Positions 34,195 to 36,023 of a stretch of DNA of 36,023 nucleotides are shown piece after piece. Source of the DNA: Octopus bimaculoides (lineage: Eukaryota); assembly GCF_001194135.2 (NCBI RefSeq), contig NC_068995.1:29440243-29476265 (forward strand), in the 5' to 3' direction. A model generated the notes under the pieces. That model ran no database searches, was not told the origin of the DNA, and saw only the letters and a program-made list of their open reading frames with translations. Both the position numbers and the translations under genes were made by a program. How positions within the stretch are numbered: position 1 is the stretch's first letter; every line of letters begins with the position of its first letter.

Positions 34195-36023
34195 ATCATC
34201 ATTAACATCCACTTTTCATGCTAGCATGGGTTGGATGGTTTGACTGAAGACTGGCAAGCCAGTGGGTTGCACCAGGCTCCAATCTGATCTGGCAAGGTTT
34301 CTACAGCTGGATGCCCTTCCAAATGCCAACCACTCCGAGAGTGTAGTGGGTGCTATTTACGTCCCACCGGCACAAGTGCCAGTCAGGGGGCACTGGCATC
34401 AACCACATTTGTATGGTGCTTTTTACGTGCCACCAGCACAGGAGCCAGCTAGGGATCACTGGCATCGACCATGTTCAGACAGTGCTTTTTACGTGTCACC
34501 AGCATGGTAGCCAGTCAAGGAGCACTGGCATCGACCACATTCACATGATGCTTTTAACATGCCACCGGCACAAGAGCAAGTCAAGGGCTTCTGGCATCAA
34601 CCATGTTCACATGGTGCTTATTACATGCCACCGGCATGGGGAGCCAGTCAGGCTGCACTAGCATCAACCCACACTTGAATGGTGCTTTTTACATGTCACT
34701 AACACAGGTGCCACTCAGGCAGCACTGGCCACGACTACAATTTCGATTTCACTTGACTCAACACGTCTTCCCAAGCACATAATATTGCTCGACACTTCAA
34801 GCAACATTAAATGCAACATTGGCATCAGCCACCACTGCGATCTCACTTTACTTGCTGGGTCTTCTCAATTACAGCATATCTCCAAAGGCCTCGGTATCGT
34901 GTCATTGGCTCTGAGGCCCAACGTTCGAAGATCATGCTTCTCCACCTCATCCCATGTCTTCCTGGGTCTACTTAATCCACAGGTTCCTTCCACTGTTAGG
35001 GTTTGACACATTACACAGCTGTCCTCATCCACACATAACACTTGACCATACCAGCGCAGCCGTCTCTCTTCCACACTACGTCTGATGCTTCTCATGTCAA
35101 ACTTTTCCCTCAGGGCACTTACACTCTGTCATGTATACACACTGACATTACACATTCAGCAAATCATACTAGCTTCATTTCTTTTAAGCCTACGCATGTC
35201 CATAGCAGTCATGGCCCATGTTTCACTGCTGTGTAGCATGGCAGCTTGCACACATGCATCATACAATCTACCTTTCACTCTTAGCAAGAGGCCCCTTGCT
35301 GCCAGCAGAGGTAAGAGCTTTCTTAACTTTGCCTAGGCTATTCTTATTCTAGCAGCTACACTCTCAGAACATCTACCCCCACTACAGACTTGGTCGCCTA
35401 GGAAGCAGAAGCTATCAACTACTTATAGTTTTTCCCCCTGGCATGTGATGGAATCTGTTTTTTTTGTACATATTTGGTTTTTATTGCCCCTGTGCATCTG
35501 CCACACACAAAATCTATCTTCCTAGTTCCTTACCAGAAATATAGCATTTGCCTTACCAGAAATATAGCATTAGTGGTGCTTCTATCGGGCACAAAACAAA
35601 ACTACATCTTATCTAGGTTAACACTCTCACTAATTAGTTGGACTATGACCCTCTCCGTAACTTTCATCACCTGATCCAGCAATTTGATACCCCTGTAATT
35701 ATTTCTGTCTAAAGCATCACCTTTACCTTTGTAGCAGTTGACTATGGTGCTGCTACACCAGTCATTGGTTATGAATCCTCCATGAACTACCTGATTTACA
35801 ATACTGGTAACTAGACCATAACCCACACTGTCAGATATTTTAAGCATCTCAGTGGTGATTCCTGATGGGCCAAGGGCTTTCCCTGTCTTCATATCCTTAA
35901 TTGTTTTATCTACAGGGTACTGTTGATTCGGGTAGCTGGTCCGTCAATTGGGTCAGCATTTGCCAGACTTTCCTCTTCCCATTCATTCTCCATGTTCAAC
36001 AAATGGCATCTCCAAGCCTCTTT
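34195..36023 (-). mobile_element. RTE-clade LINE, internally deleted, extends past window end
   Basis: MKTGKALGPSGITTEMLK..DWCSSTIVNCYKGKGDALDRNNYRGIKLLDQVMKV, then C-terminal VDSFCFLGDQ..ERRLRWYGQV..RPRKTW, then a 3' UTR ending in an (ATG)-like tail. The YADD core is missing. Confidence 0.95.
34350..34745. repeat. Six diverged ~66-bp tandem units in the RTE 3' UTR
   Basis: GTGCT..AC.TG.CACC.GCA..GCCAGTCA..CACTGGCATC.ACC units start at 34350, 34416, 34482, 34548, 34614 and 34682. Confidence 0.9.

Noticed and set aside
34262-34661. Repetitive plus-strand ORFs
   Set aside because: By-product of the 66-bp array antisense to the RTE 3' UTR.

Overview
Eukaryotic, AT-rich, repeat-saturated genomic DNA with seven N-gaps. 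The SINE, RTE and Penelope families look cephalopod, and Octopus is my inference from recognising them. I can support only one host coding feature: the last coding exon of the ER SNARE gene USE1 (minus strand, 30025-30198). The ~5.8 kb above it is probably USE1 intron. The rest is a transposon graveyard: at least three tRNA-derived SINE families; RTE, Tx1/L1, R4/Dong and CR1-group LINE remnants; Penelope-like RT remnants and termini with hammerhead-like motifs; a Gypsy integrase with PPT and 3' LTR; a decayed LTR/gag remnant; a Helitron helicase end; a mariner remnant; and many microsatellites. I found no clear new multi-gene system. The best leads are a long intronic hairpin in USE1, a 565-bp locally templated and internally deleted insertion that splits a SINE, a Dong/(TAA)n/SINE nest, variant hammerhead motifs, and a heat-shock-element cluster in a solo-LTR-like element. 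Most TE boundaries are approximate (+/- 10-30 bp). Family calls come from remembered motifs, not database searches.
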